Assembly: GCA_963744515.1 (NCBI GenBank)
Contig: CAVUTN010000003.1
Coordinates: 44,703-108,702, forward strand
Source: an uncultured Actinomycetes bacterium
GTDB taxonomy: Bacteria > Actinomycetota > UBA4738 > HRBIN12
Length of the DNA stretch: 64,000 nucleotides
Direction: 5' to 3'
The translations under genes were made by a program, and so were the position numbers. Positions 62,492-64,000 of the stretch are shown here, one piece after another. How positions within the stretch are numbered: position 1 is the first letter of the stretch; the number at the start of each line of letters is the position of its first letter. The notes below the pieces were generated by a model. It worked only from the letters and a program-made list of their open reading frames with translations, searched no databases and was not told the origin of the DNA.

Positions 62492-63770
62492 GTGATCGTG
62501 GTCGGGAGATCGAGCGAGCTGCGGCGAACGCTGCCGGCCTTGGTCGCGTCGATCCCCATCACGATCGTCTACTTCGCGGTCCTCGGCATCGTCCTGACGG
62601 CTGCGGGTCCGGATGGCCTCGACCTGACCGCCGCGCAGACCAGCGGCTGGATCGCGGTCCTCTACGGGTTCCCCACCCTCATCGCCCTCGTCCTGACGCT
62701 CCGGTACCGGCAGCCCCTGCTCGTCACGGGGAACATCTTCGCGATCATCTTCTACGCGTCCCTCGGTGGTCAGGTCACCTTCCCCGAACTGGCCGGCGCC
62801 ACGATGCTGGCGGGAGCGATCGTCCTCGTGGCGACCCTGTTCGGGCTCACCGGCCGGATCGCCGCGTGGATCCCCGCGCCGATCGTGTACGGGCTCATCG
62901 CCGGCGCCGTGATGCCCTTCGTCGTGAACATCTTCACGTCGTTGAGCACGTCCCACGATGATGTCGACGTCCCGTACGAGGTGCCGCTGATGGTGGGGAG
63001 CGCGCTGCTCGCGTACCTGCTCAGCCAGCGCGTGTTCGGCGACGCGGGTCCCGCCGATCCTGCCGGCGTTCGTCGCCGGGCTCCTGGTGGCGGCGCTGAC
63101 CGGGCAGATCGGTGCCTTCCCGACCTCGTTCGAGCTGCCGAGCCTCGAGCTGCGTGCATCCCTCCTTCTCGCTGAGCGCGATCGTCACCGCGACGCCGGT
63201 GCTGGTCGCGCTGCTGACCGTGCAGTCGAACATCCCGTCCCTCATCTTCATGCGCACCCAGGGGTTCGCGCCTCCCGAACGCGTCATCAACATCGTGAGC
63301 GGCGCCGGGACGATGGTCGGTTCGCTCCTCGGGCCGGTGGCCGTCTCGCTCGCGCTCCCGCCCGTCCTGCTCACCGCCGGACCGGAGGCCGGTCCCCGAG
63401 GAGATCCGCTACCGGTCCACGTTCCTGCCGGTCCGCGCGGGTCTCACGATCGCGGTGTTCGCGAGCACCGCGGTCGAACTCGCGGATCTCGTGCCGCCGA
63501 CGTTGCTGCTCGCGATGGCCGGGCTGGCCCTGCTGGGCGCCCTCATCGGCGCCCTCAAGGAGATCACGCGGGGTCCGCTGATCCTCGGCCCGATCCTCGC
63601 GTTCGCCGTCGCCCTGTCGAGACATGACGCTGTTCGGGCTCGGGCCCTTCTTCTGGGCTCTCGTCCTCGGCGTCGGCGTCTCCCTCCTGCTCGAGCGCGA
63701 CGGCTGGGAACGGCTCCGGACCGCGCGACTCCCGCCCGATCGACGACGCAGTGGATCAGCTCGTGATGGA
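62492..63770 (+). CDS. BenE-family (benzoate:H+ symporter-like) transporter; ≥2 frame changes
   Basis: ..LPALVASIPITIVYFAVLGIVLTAAGPDGLDLTAAQTSGWIAVLYGFPTLIALVLTLRYRQPLLVTGNIFAIIFYASLG..; ..LLTVQSNIPSLIFMRTQGF..; ..LLLAMAGLALLGALIGAL... Confidence 0.6.
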
Positions 63771-64000
63771 CGGGCCCGCCGCGCGTGACCGAGGTCACAC
63801 CGATCCGGTGCCGTCCGTCCGTGCGTCGCGCGCGCAACGCGCACGAGGCTGAGGCCGACGTCCGTGATCAGGGGTTGATCACGATCGATGGTGCAGGGGG
63901 TGGAGCGATGATCCAGTATCCGGACACGAGGGTCGTCTCGCCGGACCCGAGACAGGCCCTGAACGCCGTCCGCACGTTGCGTGGGAGGGTCGCCGGGCTC

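Noticed and set aside
63907-64000. A partial ORF at the window end (MIQYPDTRVVSPDPRQALNAVRTLRGRVAGL).
   Set aside because: It is too short and truncated to assign; it could be the start of a gene continuing beyond the window.

Overview
The window is high-GC (~70%) chromosomal DNA, most likely from an Actinomycetota genome. The evidence is F420-type luciferase-like oxidoreductases, two giant adenylate cyclase–AAA–TPR regulators, and GTG starts. Gene density is high (~70 genes) on both strands. The content is mostly housekeeping and accessory metabolism: leuC (partial), a PAS histidine kinase, PBP4, a FEN-type 5'-3' exonuclease, and a standalone LigD polymerase domain. There are two ABC uptake systems (NitT/TauT-type and CUT1 sugar-type) and a DeoR-controlled glycoside/sugar-phosphate locus with a GH4 glycosidase and two PfkB kinases. 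Several secreted proteins are present: a GH25 muramidase, an RTX-like repeat protein, a fasciclin protein, M43 and M14 peptidases, and a TolB-like propeller. Many small membrane or hypothetical proteins are also present. No rRNA, tRNA, CRISPR array, integrase or transposase was recognised. Roughly two-thirds of the recognisable genes need at least one frame change (one also carries an in-frame TAG) to give a full-length homologue, while about 15 genes are intact; this looks like indel error in the assembly more than decay. The most unusual locus is a minus-strand trio at 16.1–18.5 kb: a cysteine-peptidase-like protein, a two-transmembrane SLATT-like protein and a patatin-like phospholipase, which may be an uncharacterised membrane-attack or defence-like module. 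Other notable items are a 47-aa Cys/His-rich metallothionein-like gene with a strong RBS, a pair of small paralogous genes of unknown family, and the two paralogous cyclase-ATPase-TPR regulators. Coordinates for frame-shifted genes are approximate.
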